42,569 nt of DNA from Octopus bimaculoides. Taxonomy: Eukaryota. The notes beneath the pieces are model-generated. The model was not told the DNA's origin, made no database searches, and worked only from the letters and a program-made list of their open reading frames with translations. The stretch spans positions 48,264,195 through 48,306,763 of the forward strand of contig NC_068993.1 of the NCBI RefSeq assembly GCF_001194135.2. The letters run 5' to 3'. The translations under genes were made by a program, and so were the position numbers. This document shows positions 24,821-37,355 of this stretch, in pieces (positions within the stretch are counted from its first letter, which is position 1; each line of letters begins with the position of its first letter).

Positions 24821-26399
24821 TTTTTTTTAGTAATGTAATGCTAAACAGGGATGTTGTCCTTCTCCTAAGTACTATCCAGAAAACTTGTGTGTCTAGCTGC
24901 AGCTATGTCCCAGCAAAACAAGAACAAGAAAAACAACAATACCAAATTCTGCCACCTTGAGCCAATGTGGAAGTATCTGCGCGCGGTGGTTGAGCCTGCA
25001 GGAAGCAGAAGCGAAATATAGAAAATACAATACACACTGGATAATGCAGTCTGATAACTTACGTTGTATTTTTAGATAAACAATCTGGACGGATACGGCT
25101 GGAATGATTTGAGCATAGTTTTGTTTAATAAGCGCTGATCTGGATTTAAAATGCCAAATTATCAATAAAGACTACGAATTAAGGAATGAGTATCGCTCGA
25201 CTAGAAACAACAACGAAATATGTATCAAAATGCACTCTACAAAACTGAAAGACATGTAGAAACGCATCATTTATTAATATCGTAGTTATCTCCACTTTAG
25301 TTTTTGTCTTTTTATCTCCTTCCCTACGTTTTCTCTAACATTTACTTCCTGTAATTTCTTAGGCTGTTCTATTCAAATTCGGTAATATCTATCTATCTAT
25401 CTATATATATATATATATAATGGACATTACTACAGAAAAAATAATGCCATACACTGGACTTCTCAAAATAACCACATTTAGTACCTAATGCGAGGAAAAA
25501 CAACCAACAGAAGACGACCAACTTTCTTTTAAATAACTCAACTATGTATCGACCGATTTCGCGATTACTAGAATGAATCTAGATTTCGCTCATCAGCATA
25601 GTATTGTTCCCAAAATATATATAAATAAACAGAATTCTCACCTCACCAAAAGCGAACACACTGGCTTCTTGATAAAATTCTTGTAAAAGAGTTTTATCCC
25701 TTTTTGAATTTATTAATCATATATATATANNNNNNNNNNNNNNNNNNNNNNNNNNNNNNNNNNNNNNNNNNNNNNNNNNNNNNNNNNNNNNNNNNNNNNN
25801 NNNNNNNNNNNNNNNNNNNNNNNNNNNNNNNNNNNNNNNNNNNNNNNNNNNNNNNNNNNNNNNNNNNNNNNNNNNNNNNNNNNNNNNNNNNNNNNNNNNN
25901 NNNNNNNNNNNNNNNNNNNNNNNNNNNNNNNNNNNNNNNNNNNNNNNNNNNNNNNNNNNNNNNNNNNNNNNNNNNNNNNNNNNNNNNNNNNNNNNNNNNN
26001 NNNNNNNNNNNNNNNNNNNNNNNNNNNNNNNNNNNNNNNNNNNNNNNNNNNNNNNNNNNNNNNNNNNNNNNNNNNNNNNNNNNNNNNCTTCCTTCCCCCT
26101 CCCAAAAAGAAAAGCTCTACATTGTATTTGTCCCATCTTCGTTGAGCCCTGTGTGGCTAATAAAAGAAATGTATCTTTCCCTTCTCTTCACACACTCTCT
26201 CTCTCCCTCTCTCTCTCACTGAATATATATATGTATAAATGTATGTATATATGTATGTATACACACACACACACGCACGGATTCATGAATAGATAGATGA
26301 GCATACGTATGCATATATACGCACACACATACGTGTGTGTGCGTATAAATATATGTATATATTCATGTTTGTATAGACAACATTCTCTAACTATAGGTA

Positions 26400-26433
<34 letters not shown>

Positions 26434-26435
26434 CC

Positions 26436-26490
<55 letters not shown>

Positions 26491-26819
26491 ACTTTCCTAC
26501 ACGATAGTTTTCTTAATCTTCACTCTCTTCCTAGTTTCTCTCCATTATCGCCGGTGACGTCATCTCGCGGCACCTAATGCGAAAGACAATTTGATGAAGT
26601 GGATATTTGCAACTTCTTTAAGCCGTACACATCCCAGCATGCTCAGCGAGTTGTGAACTTCCTTTTAACGACAATTGATGACGGCGCTGATGCGTTAATC
26701 TATAAGAATTCACCTTAATTAGGCTACGATGCTTTCTACAAATTGCCAATATATTTACGAGAAATCTGTTTAAAAGTAAATTAAAAAAAAGTAACATTCC
26801 GTCTCTGATATATGTACAA

Positions 26820-27254
26820 ATTATTAATGTTGTTCTTGTTGTTTTTTTGTGTTGTTTTCGTAATTATTCATATATTTGTGTTTACTTTTCACATTGATGC
26901 TGTTACTGTTGTTATAATTGTCTTTGCTGTTGCTCTCGCTGCAGATATTATTGTTGTTTTCGTTGATGTTCTTGTTGCTTCTGTTGCTGCAACTGCAATT
27001 GTTGTTGTTGTTGTTGCTGTTGATTCTGTTGTTGTTATTGTTGTTGTTGTTGTTCTTGTTCTTGTTCTTCATTTTCTTCTTCATTTTCTTCTTCTCCTTC
27101 TTCTTCTTCCTCTTCTTCTCCAGCTCCTCCTCCTCCTCCTACTCCTTCTTCCTGTTATTGACTTTTACAACGTTTCTGTTGCTTTCGGAAGTATCTGAGT
27201 TTATTCCTGTTTTGTTTTGAACGATTATTCATTTGCATGTCATTCACTACTGCA

Positions 27255-27307
<53 letters not shown>

Positions 27308-27329
27308 AAATAATAATAATAATAATAAT
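26820..27329. repeat. Compound trinucleotide tract (TTG)n-(TTC)n-(CTC)n-(CTA)n-(TAA)n
   Basis: Directly visible. Confidence 0.95.
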
Positions 27330-27339
27330 TCCTCCTAAA

Positions 27340-27451
27340 GGCACAAGGCCTGAAATTTTGGCGGAGAGAATTAGTGGATTACATCTACCCCAGTGTTTCA
27401 CTGGTACTCATTGTAGCAATTCAGAAAGTAAAGACAGACGAAATGCCGCTA
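27340..27451 (-). mobile_element. SINE family B, internally deleted, inverted relative to the next copy
   Basis: GGCACAAGGCCTGAAATTTT...ACTGGTACTCA then CAGAAAGTAAAGACAGACGAAATGCCGCTA. Confidence 0.8.
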
Positions 27452-27464
27452 CTATTACAGTTTA

Positions 27465-27682
27465 AGGCGGCGAGCTGGCAGAACCGTTAACACGCTGGAT
27501 GAAATGTTTGGCGGTATGTTAGCCGTCGCTACGTTCTGAGTTCAAATTCCGCTGATGACGACTTTACGACTTTATCCTTTCGGGAATCGATAAAATAAGT
27601 ACCAGTCAAGTACTGGGGTTGATGCGCTTGACCCTTCCCCTCCCCCAGAATTTCAGGCCTTGTGTCTACAGTAGAAAGTATT
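27465..27682 (+). mobile_element. SINE family B, full length
   Basis: Head AGGCGGCGAGCTGGCAGAACCGTTA, B-box-like GTTCAAATTCC, tail AATTTCAGGCCTTGTG. Confidence 0.92.
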
Positions 27683-28528
27683 ACTTGCATTATTATTATG
27701 CGGGACGTTATTTAAACATGAGACGAGATACTTCTATTTCTCTTCATTGTCATCAATTTTAACAGCATTATATTTAATATTATTCTAATTATGTGAAACA
27801 AAATCAATTTAAAGCATAACCATGATAAGAAGTCCTTGTTTTTCATTCTTTTTTCTGTCGTTAACATCGTTGCTGCAGTTTTCTTGCATTTTGTATGTAT
27901 GTATGTATGTATGTGTCTCTCTATCTATCTATCTATCTATCTATCTATGTACGTATGTATGTATGTGCGTATGTTTGCATGTATGTATGTATGTATGTAT
28001 GTATGTATGTGTGCGTGTATGTTTGCATGTATGTATGTATGTATGCATGCATGCAAATGTATATGTATATGAGTGTTTATACATGCATGTGTGGTTGCGT
28101 GAGATGGAAAAGTGTAAGGTGAGAGTAAAATGGCGGGAATGATGACGCAACTGATGACGAATCACATTTGCTTCCGAATTAGTCACAAGGAAACAGATTA
28201 TAATTTATAGAAATTTATGATACCACAACACAACACCTTTTTTATTTCTTTATCATGAGATATATTGTAAACTGTATCCGGATTCTACCCACTGATGTAT
28301 ACGTGTATACAAGGGTGCGCATGCAAGCATAAACTCACACAAGGGAGGTGAAATTGATAGTATGTTCATGTGTCCATTTACGCAAACACACGTATACAGA
28401 AGCGCCCATCTGCGTGCTCACACACGTACACACAGACACATACACACTGGCGCACATACACGCACAATCGAACACACACTCACAATGACATTCATCTGCC
28501 CATATAACTGTTTATATATGCGTGTATT

Positions 28529-28700
28529 GTGGAGGCGCAATGGCCCAGTGGTTAGGGCAGCGGACTCGCGGTCGGAGGATCGCGGTTTCGATTCCCAGAC
28601 CGGGCCTTGTGAGAGTTTATTGAGCGAATAAACTCCAATGTGACAGTCCAATGAGGAATATATGGGTTTAAAAAAACCGCGAAACCGGTCCTATGAGTCT
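28529..28700 (+). mobile_element. SINE family C head joined to an unrelated tail
   Basis: 28529-28630 matches 29082-29180. It then switches to ...AAACCGCGAAACCGGTCCTATGAGTC, resembling 40385-40410. Confidence 0.75.
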
Positions 28701-28879
28701 GAAGCAGGAGTATATTCACTCTTTACTTTTAGCTACCCACATTGTGCCTTTTTACTTTTACATACCCATTTTGGTTCATCACGTGATGGTCAAGTCCATT
28801 TGGCTTTACGTAGACTGTCCACCCCTTAACCTGATAGACTAGCTAAGCTTTCCAACAGCTATTTAAGTGACCCTAATTT

Positions 28880-29700
28880 TTTAGTGGGGTGAGTTTATTA
28901 TAAGTGAGATTTGATCTTCGACATGAAAGCAGTTTATACTACTTTGTAGCTTCAGCTAGAAGACATTTGTAACTAGGATGTTTGACGCCATGTTTTACGT
29001 TTTATCCAGCATTTATCTTCAACTTCAAGAAACATTTTCAATCCATGCAATGTTTTTAACCGAGTTATACTTGTTATGTCAGTGGAGGCGCAATGGTCCA
29101 GTGATTAGCGCAGCGGACTTGCGGTCTTAGGATCGCAGTTTCGATTCTCAGACCGGTCGTTGTGAGTGTTTATTGAGCGAAAACACCTAAAGCTCCACGA
29201 GGCTCTGGCAGGGGCTGGTGGTGAATCCTGCTGTATTCTTTCAACACAACTTTCTCTCACTCTTTCTTCTTCTTTCTGTTGTAACTGTATTTCAAAGGAC
29301 CAGCCTTGTCACACACTGTGTCACGCTGAATCTCCCCGAGAACTACGTTAAGGGTACACGTGTCTGTGGAGTGCTCAGCCACTTGCACGTAAATTTCATG
29401 AGCAGACTGTTCCGTTGATCAGATCAACTGGAACACTCGTCGTCGTAACTGACGGAGTGCCAACGCTTGTTATGCCAATTGATGTCTTTCACTTTAGCGT
29501 CGGAAATAGATGTTGCAGTGCAGTCATTTTAAACTTGTCTTTGTATTTTCTTAATGATATTCATTCTGATCTATGTTAACCAGAAGACATAGTGTTACCA
29601 GGGCTTAAGGCACATTGCATTCATTTAACCACGTCGCTATAAGCCTATGGTTCATTATATATCACACACCCAGTTACATTTAAATCCCAGGAAGTCGAGA
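28880..29700 (-). mobile_element. RTE-like LINE C-terminal relic, interrupted by a SINE at 29079-29465
   Basis: Minus frames LRKYKDKFK and EDKCWINVKHGVKH..LAEATK resemble the RTE C-terminal KRYKDxLK / DRxxWRxxVxxG..AExKR pattern; heavily decayed. Confidence 0.4.
29079..29465 (+). mobile_element. tRNA-derived SINE family C (head GTGGAGGCGCAATGG), full length with TSD
   Basis: A-box TGGTCCAGTG and B-box-like GTTTCGATTC. A 9-bp TSD CTTGTTATG lies at 29070-29078 and 29466-29474. Confidence 0.93.
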
Positions 29701-30351
29701 CTTTTATATGTCAGTGACCTACTACGCTATTTTTACGCTATCAAAGATGATCCAAAATTCAAATATATATATACACGTTTTCAATCATGCTTATGGCAGA
29801 ATTTTCAACTCCATAATGTTAGCTAAATAGTTAATTTTACACATAACTGATTTGCCATACAGAGAAAAGTTTCCATATACCGAAAATAATCACTGATTTA
29901 TCAGAAGTATAAATTTATTAACAGGCATTTATATTCGTTGTTTCATTTGTTTAACATCTATGATATTAATGACATAAAAAATATCATATTACATGTGATT
30001 AATTAAATACATTATGATTCTGTATACCATAACAGAATAAATAAACGTTAAACGAATTTAATCACAGTTTTATGTGGGTCTTCAGTTCTCGATCAATAAT
30101 CATATTTCGCTGTGTTTGCGAATAATTCTGCCTATATTTGCACACACTCTTCCCCTGGCTCGGGCATTTTGAACAAGTAGCAATGTCATACTCTCAACAC
30201 TCAAATTACAAATATTAATAAGGAACACATTATATTTATGCGTTGCAAACCATTTTGCTCTTTTGCAAACGCAAACGTTTGCCAACACACACATACACTG
30301 ATACACACACAAACACATACGAACAAGCACCCATACACACACGGCACACGC

Positions 30352-30389
<38 letters not shown>

Positions 30390-30410
30390 ACGCGCGCGCT
30401 TACTGTATAT

Positions 30411-30587
30411 TCTCTTTTACCTCTTTTACTCGTTTCGATTATCTCACAGCAGCCATGCTGGAGCACTGGCTTAAAGAGATTTTTAGTTGCAGAAATCGAC
30501 CCCCAACACTTATTGTTTGTAAGCCATGTACTTATTCTATCGGTCTGTTTTGCCGAATTGCTAAGTTACATGGTCGTTAACACACCA

Positions 30588-30590
<3 letters not shown>
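30411..30590 (-). mobile_element. SINE family A 3' half
   Basis: GCCATGCTGGAGCACTG...ACTTATTCTATCGGTC matches the 21191 copy. It ends in (GATA)n. Confidence 0.85.
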
Positions 30591-30651
<61 letters not shown>

Positions 30652-30652
30652 G

Positions 30653-30683
<31 letters not shown>

Positions 30684-30689
30684 AGATAA

Positions 30690-30721
<32 letters not shown>

Positions 30722-30915
30722 ATGGATGGATGGATGGATAGATAGACAGACACACACACACACACACACATACACACACATATATGCACGCACATGCAGA
30801 GAGTGAAAGGGGAAGGGGAAAAGAGAGAGAGACGGGAGAGAGAGAGAGAGAGAGAGAGACGGGAGAGAGAGAGAGAGAGAGACGGGAGAGAGAGAGCGAG
30901 AGGAGAGAGAGAATG
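30587..30915. repeat. (GATA)n/(GACA)n/(GGAT)n/(CA)n/(GA)n microsatellite run
   Basis: Directly visible. Confidence 0.95.
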
Positions 30916-32209
30916 GAGGTTTACCTTTTTAAACAATCTTAGCCGTGTTAATTCAAAAAGATCTCGCATTGTTTCCATTCATGTAACTACTCATTCTATT
31001 GGCACATATCCATGTATTTAAATATGCATATATCTACATATATTTCAACGAATATCTATTTGGCTTTGCTCGTATCATATATATATGTGTCTGTGTCTGA
31101 ATGTGTGTGTGTGTGGGTGTGTGTTTGTGTGCGTGCGTGTGTGTGTGTATGTGTGTGCGTATGTGTGTATACATTATATAAATACATGCTTACTTATATA
31201 TAAACAAATATGTACATATGCGTATATGCATACATATGCCTACATCTTACTTCTGCTGAATATTAATATATATATATATANNNNNNNNNNNNNNNNNNNN
31301 NNNNNNNNNNNNNNNNNNNNNNNNNNNNNNNNNNNNNNNNNNNNNNNNNNNNNNNNNNNNNNNNNNNNNNNNNNNNNNNNNNNNNNNNNNNNNNNNNNNN
31401 NNNNNNNNNNNNNNNNNNNNNNNNNNNNNNNNNNNNNNNNNNNNNNNNNNNNNNNNNNNNNNNNNNNNNNNNNNNNNNNNNNNNNNNNNNNNNNNNNNNN
31501 NNNNNNNNNNNNNNNNNNNNNNNNNNNNNNNNNNNNNNNNNNNNNNNNNNNNNNNNNNNNNNNNNNNNNNNNNNNNNNNNNNNNNNNNNNNNNNNNNNNN
31601 NNNNNNNNNNNNNNNNNNNNNNNNNNNNNNNNNNNNNNNNNNNNNNNNNNNNNNNNNNNNNNNNNNNNNNNNNNNNNNNNNNNNNNNNNNNNNNNNNNNN
31701 NNNNNNNNNNNNNNNNNNNNNNNNNNNNNNNNNNNNNNNNNNNNNNNNNNNNNNNNNNNNNNNNNNNNNNNNNNNNNNNNNNNNNNNNNNNNNNNNNNNN
31801 NNNNNNNNNNNNNNNNNNNNNNNNNNNNNNNNNNNNNNNNNNNNNNNNNNNNNNNNNNNNNNNNNNNNNNNNNNNNNNNNNNNNNNNNNNNNNNNNNNNN
31901 NNNNNNNNNNNNNNNNNNNNNNNNNNNNNNNNNNNNNNNNNNNNNNNNNNNNNNNNNNNNNNNNNNNNNNNNNNNNNNNNNNNNNNNNNNNNNNNNNNNN
32001 NNNNNNNNNNNNNNNNNNNNNNNNNNNNNNNNNNNNNNNNNNNNNNNNNNNNNNNNNNNNNNNNNNNNNNNNNNNNNNNNNNNNNNNNNNNNNNNNNNNN
32101 NNNNNNNNNNNNNNNNNNNNNNNNNNNNNNNNNNNNNNNNNNNNNNNNNNNNNNNNNNNNNNNNNNNNNNNNNNNNNNNNNNNNNNNNNNNNNNNNNNNN
32201 NNNNNNNNN

Positions 32210-32241
<32 letters not shown>

Positions 32242-32298
32242 AACGCATATTTCTGTCTGGGTTCTTTATGTGTCTATGTATTTGCGTGCATATACGTG

Positions 32299-32338
<40 letters not shown>

Positions 32339-32743
32339 GAGGGAGACAGACAGATAGAGAGACAATGAGATGGAGGAAGAGAGCATAGTATGTGTTTACT
32401 GCTTTACACATGTATTGCTTACTTCAGGTTTTGTGTATATGAGTAATCACTGAGTAGAATAACGAGAAGTTGTAAGAAGATTGTGACGGCCATTAAAATG
32501 TGTATGCTATGTATATATGTGTTATCGGATCCCTTTGAGTTTGGTTGTATGTCTATATGGCTGTTCGCACGAGAGATTGTACGTGTGTTGTGCCTACTAA
32601 ATGAATTAATTATTCAAAGCAACTTTACTAGGTTGTCAAGGCAACTCAAAATTCAGAAGCATAAAAAGAAATTTTAAATAAAAAGAGAAAATGAGAAAAA
32701 CGAAATGGTGCAAAAATTGATCTTCTGAAACGAGAGAGATTTA

Positions 32744-32930
32744 CTGTGCATACACTGTAGGTATTTTCACTGGGCTAATGTATGCGCTGTTGGTATTTTC
32801 ACAGAATTATAGTATACCTTATTGATATTTCCAAAGATTGAGAGTATATTGTATGGTTATTTATACAGAACAGCGGTATATAGTGTAAGTGTTCGTATAT
32901 AACGAGCATACGCAGTGTGATTTCTGATAG
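32744..32930. repeat. Degenerate ~32-bp tandem array (about 6 units)
   Basis: GGTATTTTCAC at 32760 and 32792; weaker equivalents at 32824, 32855, 32888 and 32917. Confidence 0.6.
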
Positions 32931-32972
32931 TTGTGTGGTTCGACGGGATTGTATGTATGCTGTTCCTTCTAG

Positions 32973-33037
32973 TATTCAGTACCGATGTGTGAGAGACGTG
33001 CGAGGTGGTGACTGCAAGAAAGCAGAAAGTCTGCGAG
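32973..33037 (+). CDS. Candidate short exon of an unknown gene
   Basis: TTCCTTCTAG acceptor, GAG|GTGAGT consensus donor, and a single open frame IQYRCVRDVRGGDCKKAESLR. Confidence 0.2.
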
Positions 33038-33356
33038 GTGAGTAAAAGAACGAGTAATGTTAGTGGATATAAACTTAGATAAACTTAGATATGTTTCGAC
33101 TAAAGATTGGTCTAGACCATGTCTAACTTAATAGCGCCACCTGTAACGCGATCATCTGCTCACGAAAGACAGTAGCTAATATGGTAATAGTAGAAAAGTC
33201 GGAAAGGGTACTCTCTCACAAACGGAGTTCAGATTAGAGCACTAGAGTTTTAAACTAGTGCTGGTGAGTGAATCCATGATAAGCAGTCAACTGTACATTT
33301 TTTTTTTTTTGCGGCGTGATCCACCATAATCGTTGACGATATTCTATGCCACGTTA

Positions 33357-33585
33357 AAAGGCGGCGAGTTGAAGTAAAAATGCCAGTGAGATGGCAGAAC
33401 GACGGACAAAATGCTTCTCGGCATTTCGTCCGTCTTCACATTCTGATTTTAAATTCCGCTGAGCTCGATTTTAACTTTCATCCTTTCAGGGTCGAAAAAG
33501 TACGGACCAGTTGAACATTGGTGTCCATATAATAGACTTAGCCCCTCCTCTAAATATGCTGGTCTTGTGCCAAAATTTGAAACCG
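33357..33585 (+). mobile_element. SINE family B, diverged full length
   Basis: AAGGCGGCGAGTTG...TTTCATCCTTTCAGGGTCGA...CTTGTGCCAAAATTTGAAACC. Confidence 0.85.
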
Positions 33586-34319
33586 ATATTATATGCAACA
33601 TTGTGGAAATTTCCCTTTGTATCTAAAGACACCATTTTTGTTACAACAGTGATGATGATTATTATTTGAAATCGTTATTACAAAGTAATGAAATGTCATT
33701 TATGATAATAGACTTGTATTGAAGACCTATGGCAAAACCATGTAACTGTAGCAGTCATTTATTTTTTCGACACATTAGAAATATATATGTTCATGTACTT
33801 TCTTAGTGGCATAATGTCTTATAGTCATTTCAAAAATGGTTCATCAAATAACGCAACAGTTAAATTCAATGTCTTCATGTGACATTCGCATCTCTAAAGA
33901 ATTTCTCCAAATGCTGCAAGCAACGATTCAATTTGAGAAAGGATTAATTTAAGTCCGACAAAATTTAATCAAGTTTGGCGAATACTCAAACAAATTTAGT
34001 AACAGTTCATTCACGAAATTTTTGCAAGATTTCGTTAGATATCCTTTAGGTTCATGAGATTTGCTCAAAACATTCTTAACTCATCCGTTGTTGTCAAGTG
34101 TGAATAAAGAATAGGTTTTGGGCAGAGTCTAGAGAGTACAAATGTTGGTATGATGCTATTTGATATATTCAACAGTTTATTAATTCAGTTATGCTGCAAC
34201 TGTTTTACTGATGCTCAGAGTCTGTACGGAAATAAAATGTGCTATAAATTAGCTCTAGCATGTTGGTGAGTGCATGTCACTCAGTCACAAGATGCAATTT
34301 AATACGCATGTGCATATAT

Positions 34320-35000
34320 TTGACGCGACGCTCCAGACATGTGATAGAAAGTCCTGCTGGCGTAACGGAAAGAATACAGATAGTTGAAGTTATAGAGTTT
34401 TGTTTCTGTAATGGAAGGAATTCAGATAGTTGAAGGTCACTAACTGGGCAATACTAAATGTTTCTAGAATTGAGAGTAAGTCTCATCTTTGTGATACAGA
34501 TACGGGTTAAAATAGTGCAGTGGGAGTTAAAGCTTAAATGATGCACTTAGAGAAACGAGCAATAGAAACAGTGTATCAGGAGTAAACTAGGCTGTGTTGA
34601 TATTATCGTAATCGTCACAGACACAGTCCTTGTTTAATACCGCTATGAGATAACTGGTTGATAGTAAAAGTCGATTCTACAGGAATCATTTTTCAGAAAG
34701 AAGCTTCGATTATAGACAAGTGAGCAGAGATGTTTATTAACAGAAGCATAATGCATAAGATATCTTGGTTATGTTATTGTGTATCGTAATTCAGCGGATT
34801 AATAGGATCATAGACTTTTCATTCGTGACCAACCTAATGTTTATTCAGATATTATACATCTAATATAATGCTATATAATGTTCTCCCTTTCCAATTTAAG
34901 GCGAGAGGGTTTGAATTTAAGGAGGAGGTTCGTCTGCAATTTATATCCGGTAGAGCGCCAACGTTGAGTTACCTGCCTCATTGGTTCGAGTTGTGTATCA
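34320..35000 (-). mobile_element. Decayed L2/CR1-group reverse-transcriptase relic
   Basis: Collinear minus-strand traces RWRSTG, LDV...VGH, SGIKQG, a degenerate F/YADDT-like site near 34585, LVTFN, KT and SHVW, with many stops and shifts. Confidence 0.4.
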
Positions 35001-35511
35001 CTAACAGGAGATAGGGAAGACCAAATTTAGACCAAATTGCAATGATATTGGAGTGGAAAGGAGAAAATTGCAGCACAGTGTTTAAATCTTACCATCAAAT
35101 TATTCTAGATTTGGCAAGAGAAATCGCTTCCAGAGTGTCTATCTAAGCACATCCGGAAATCAATAGTGATTCAATACCCCACAAATAAAAGTAGTAGGAA
35201 GGTAATTGCTAAGACCTTGGAGAAGAGCTTGAAAAAAAAAAAACTTGTCAGGTCCTCATTGTTTTATTTGCTTTATATAGAGCTGTGTATGAATAGAAGA
35301 AACATGTTTCACATGCTTTTATCGAGCAATCCATTATTCATTACATTTATGATGGCGAGAGTAACAAAAAAAAAAAGAAAAGAAAACATCCGTACAACTC
35401 GGATGAAACATATATTTCAAAAATAATTCTTGACCGAAAATACCAGTCGAAAAGTTGTTGTGGCAACTTTTAACACTTTTGCCGATATAATGCACATTGG
35501 GAATTACGCAT

Positions 35512-35553
<42 letters not shown>

Positions 35554-35874
35554 GACTCTTCACTGATATTCTGTATTACAGATTTCTCTGACAAGTCTCT
35601 GGTCAATATCAGGTTTTACATGGTGCACCGTAAAGAATTCACGATTAATTTTTAGTCTTAATTTTTAGTAAAGAGCATATCAACACACGATGTCTTCGGG
35701 ATTTCATAAAATATGGTCATGTAACACATTAAGGTACGTTACATTCAATATGTCTGCTTTTATCCTTCACAATCACCCGAAGACGACCGAGCCCGGAGTC
35801 ACACGAACGCTGGATGTCATCTTTACTTAGACGATCCCATGATGCGACAAAGGCTTTCTTCAGAGCTGTTATAT

Positions 35875-35980
35875 TTTTGTAGTGAGAAGACAAATGTCAA
35901 AGATGCCACGCAGTGAGAGCGAACATGGATTCTTGTGGTAGCGAAATAACCGTCTTAACTACACAGCCTCAGTTGCGTTC
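35875..35980 (-). mobile_element. SINE family A 5' fragment, diverged
   Basis: AGAAGACAAATGTCAAAGATGCCACGCAGTGAG...ACACAGCC aligns to the family A head and CORE-like part. Confidence 0.6.
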
Positions 35981-37074
35981 GTAATTTTTTTTTTAAATAT
36001 GCATGTTTAAGCACAATTCTACATCACGACGAAACGGAATGCTAGGTGCTAGTAAGGAACCGTTTATGCGGCCGTTCAGTCTATTACAAATAATAACCAA
36101 TTCTTTCTCAATTCCTAGCCTTCCATAATACATGCATTTCTATTGTATATATANNNNNNNNNNNNNNNNNNNNNNNNNNNNNNNNNNNNNNNNNNNNNNN
36201 NNNNNNNNNNNNNNNNNNNNNNNNNNNNNNNNNNNNNNNNNNNNNNNNNNNNNNNNNNNNNNNNNNNNNNNNNNNNNNNNNNNNNNNNNNNNNNNNNNNN
36301 NNNNNNNNNNNNNNNNNNNNNNNNNNNNNNNNNNNNNNNNNNNNNNNNNNNNNNNNNNNNNNNNNNNNNNNNNNNNNNNNNNNNNNNNNNNNNNNNNNNN
36401 NNNNNNNNNNNNNNNNNNNNNNNNNNNNNNNNNNNNNNNNNNNNNNNNNNNNNNNNNNNNNNNNNNNNNNNNNNNNNNNNNNNTATATATATATATATAT
36501 ATGTATATATATAATATAATATGATATAATATAATATAATGTAATGTAATATAAATTAATGTAATATTGTATTATATTGTATTATATCATATATATTATA
36601 TTATTCTATATCATATTATATTATATATTATATTGTATGTAATATACACCGAAGTTAAATGCGAGCTACTATAAGTTCCATACCTCTTAGAAGTATCAAC
36701 ATTATGTGAAGTGTAGTAGAAAGCAACATACGAAAAAAGATATAAATCATCATAGGTAGATTACATTTCATAATAAGGCTCTTGGATCTGAACTGATCTG
36801 TTGCAAAACATCAAAATATACAAAAGAAATAAACTCAATGTGTTCGCTTGATCTGCTGAAAATAGTAGAAAAAATTTCCCTGAAATCTTAAAATATGAAG
36901 ACCTGTGTGTTTAAGAAGCTCGCTCTGCTACGATGTGGTTTAGGATTCAGTCCCACTTCAACCCCAAGGTCGACCATTGGCTTGCGAACGAAGTTTGTAG
37001 ACAGAATGTGCGTGAAAGTATGTCACTGATATAAATGTGTGTGTTTATGTGTGTGGCGGGGGGGTATGCATATA

Positions 37075-37312
37075 CAGAGTTGGCCAAAAGTCACCCGAGA
37101 GTAAATCAAAATTTCACAAATAATTAATATTCAATTCTATTTATTCATTCCAATTATAAATGTTTAATAATTGAATGCTGTGAGTTAAAATGACCGTTTT
37201 GTTTCGTAACATTTGCCTATTTATTAGCGACATCTCATATAAAATAATTTTTCGTTTTAATCATGGAATGAAATTGTTTTGATTTACTGCCAGGTGACCT
37301 TGGGCCAACCCC

Positions 37313-37315
<3 letters not shown>
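37075..37315. mobile_element. Tc1/mariner-type MITE (about 240 bp)
   Basis: Left end TA-CAGAGTTGGCCAAAAGTCACCCGAGAGTAAATCAAAA; right end reverse complement TA-CACGGGGTTGGCCCAAGGTCACCTGGCAGTAAATCAAAA. AT-rich non-coding interior. Confidence 0.85.

Positions 37316-37355
<40 letters not shown>

Noticed and set aside
28529-28605. tRNA gene calls for SINE heads (also 29082, 23641, 27465)
   Set aside because: A/B boxes are present, but the heads continue into shared repeat bodies and I could not fold a convincing cloverleaf; they are SINE heads.
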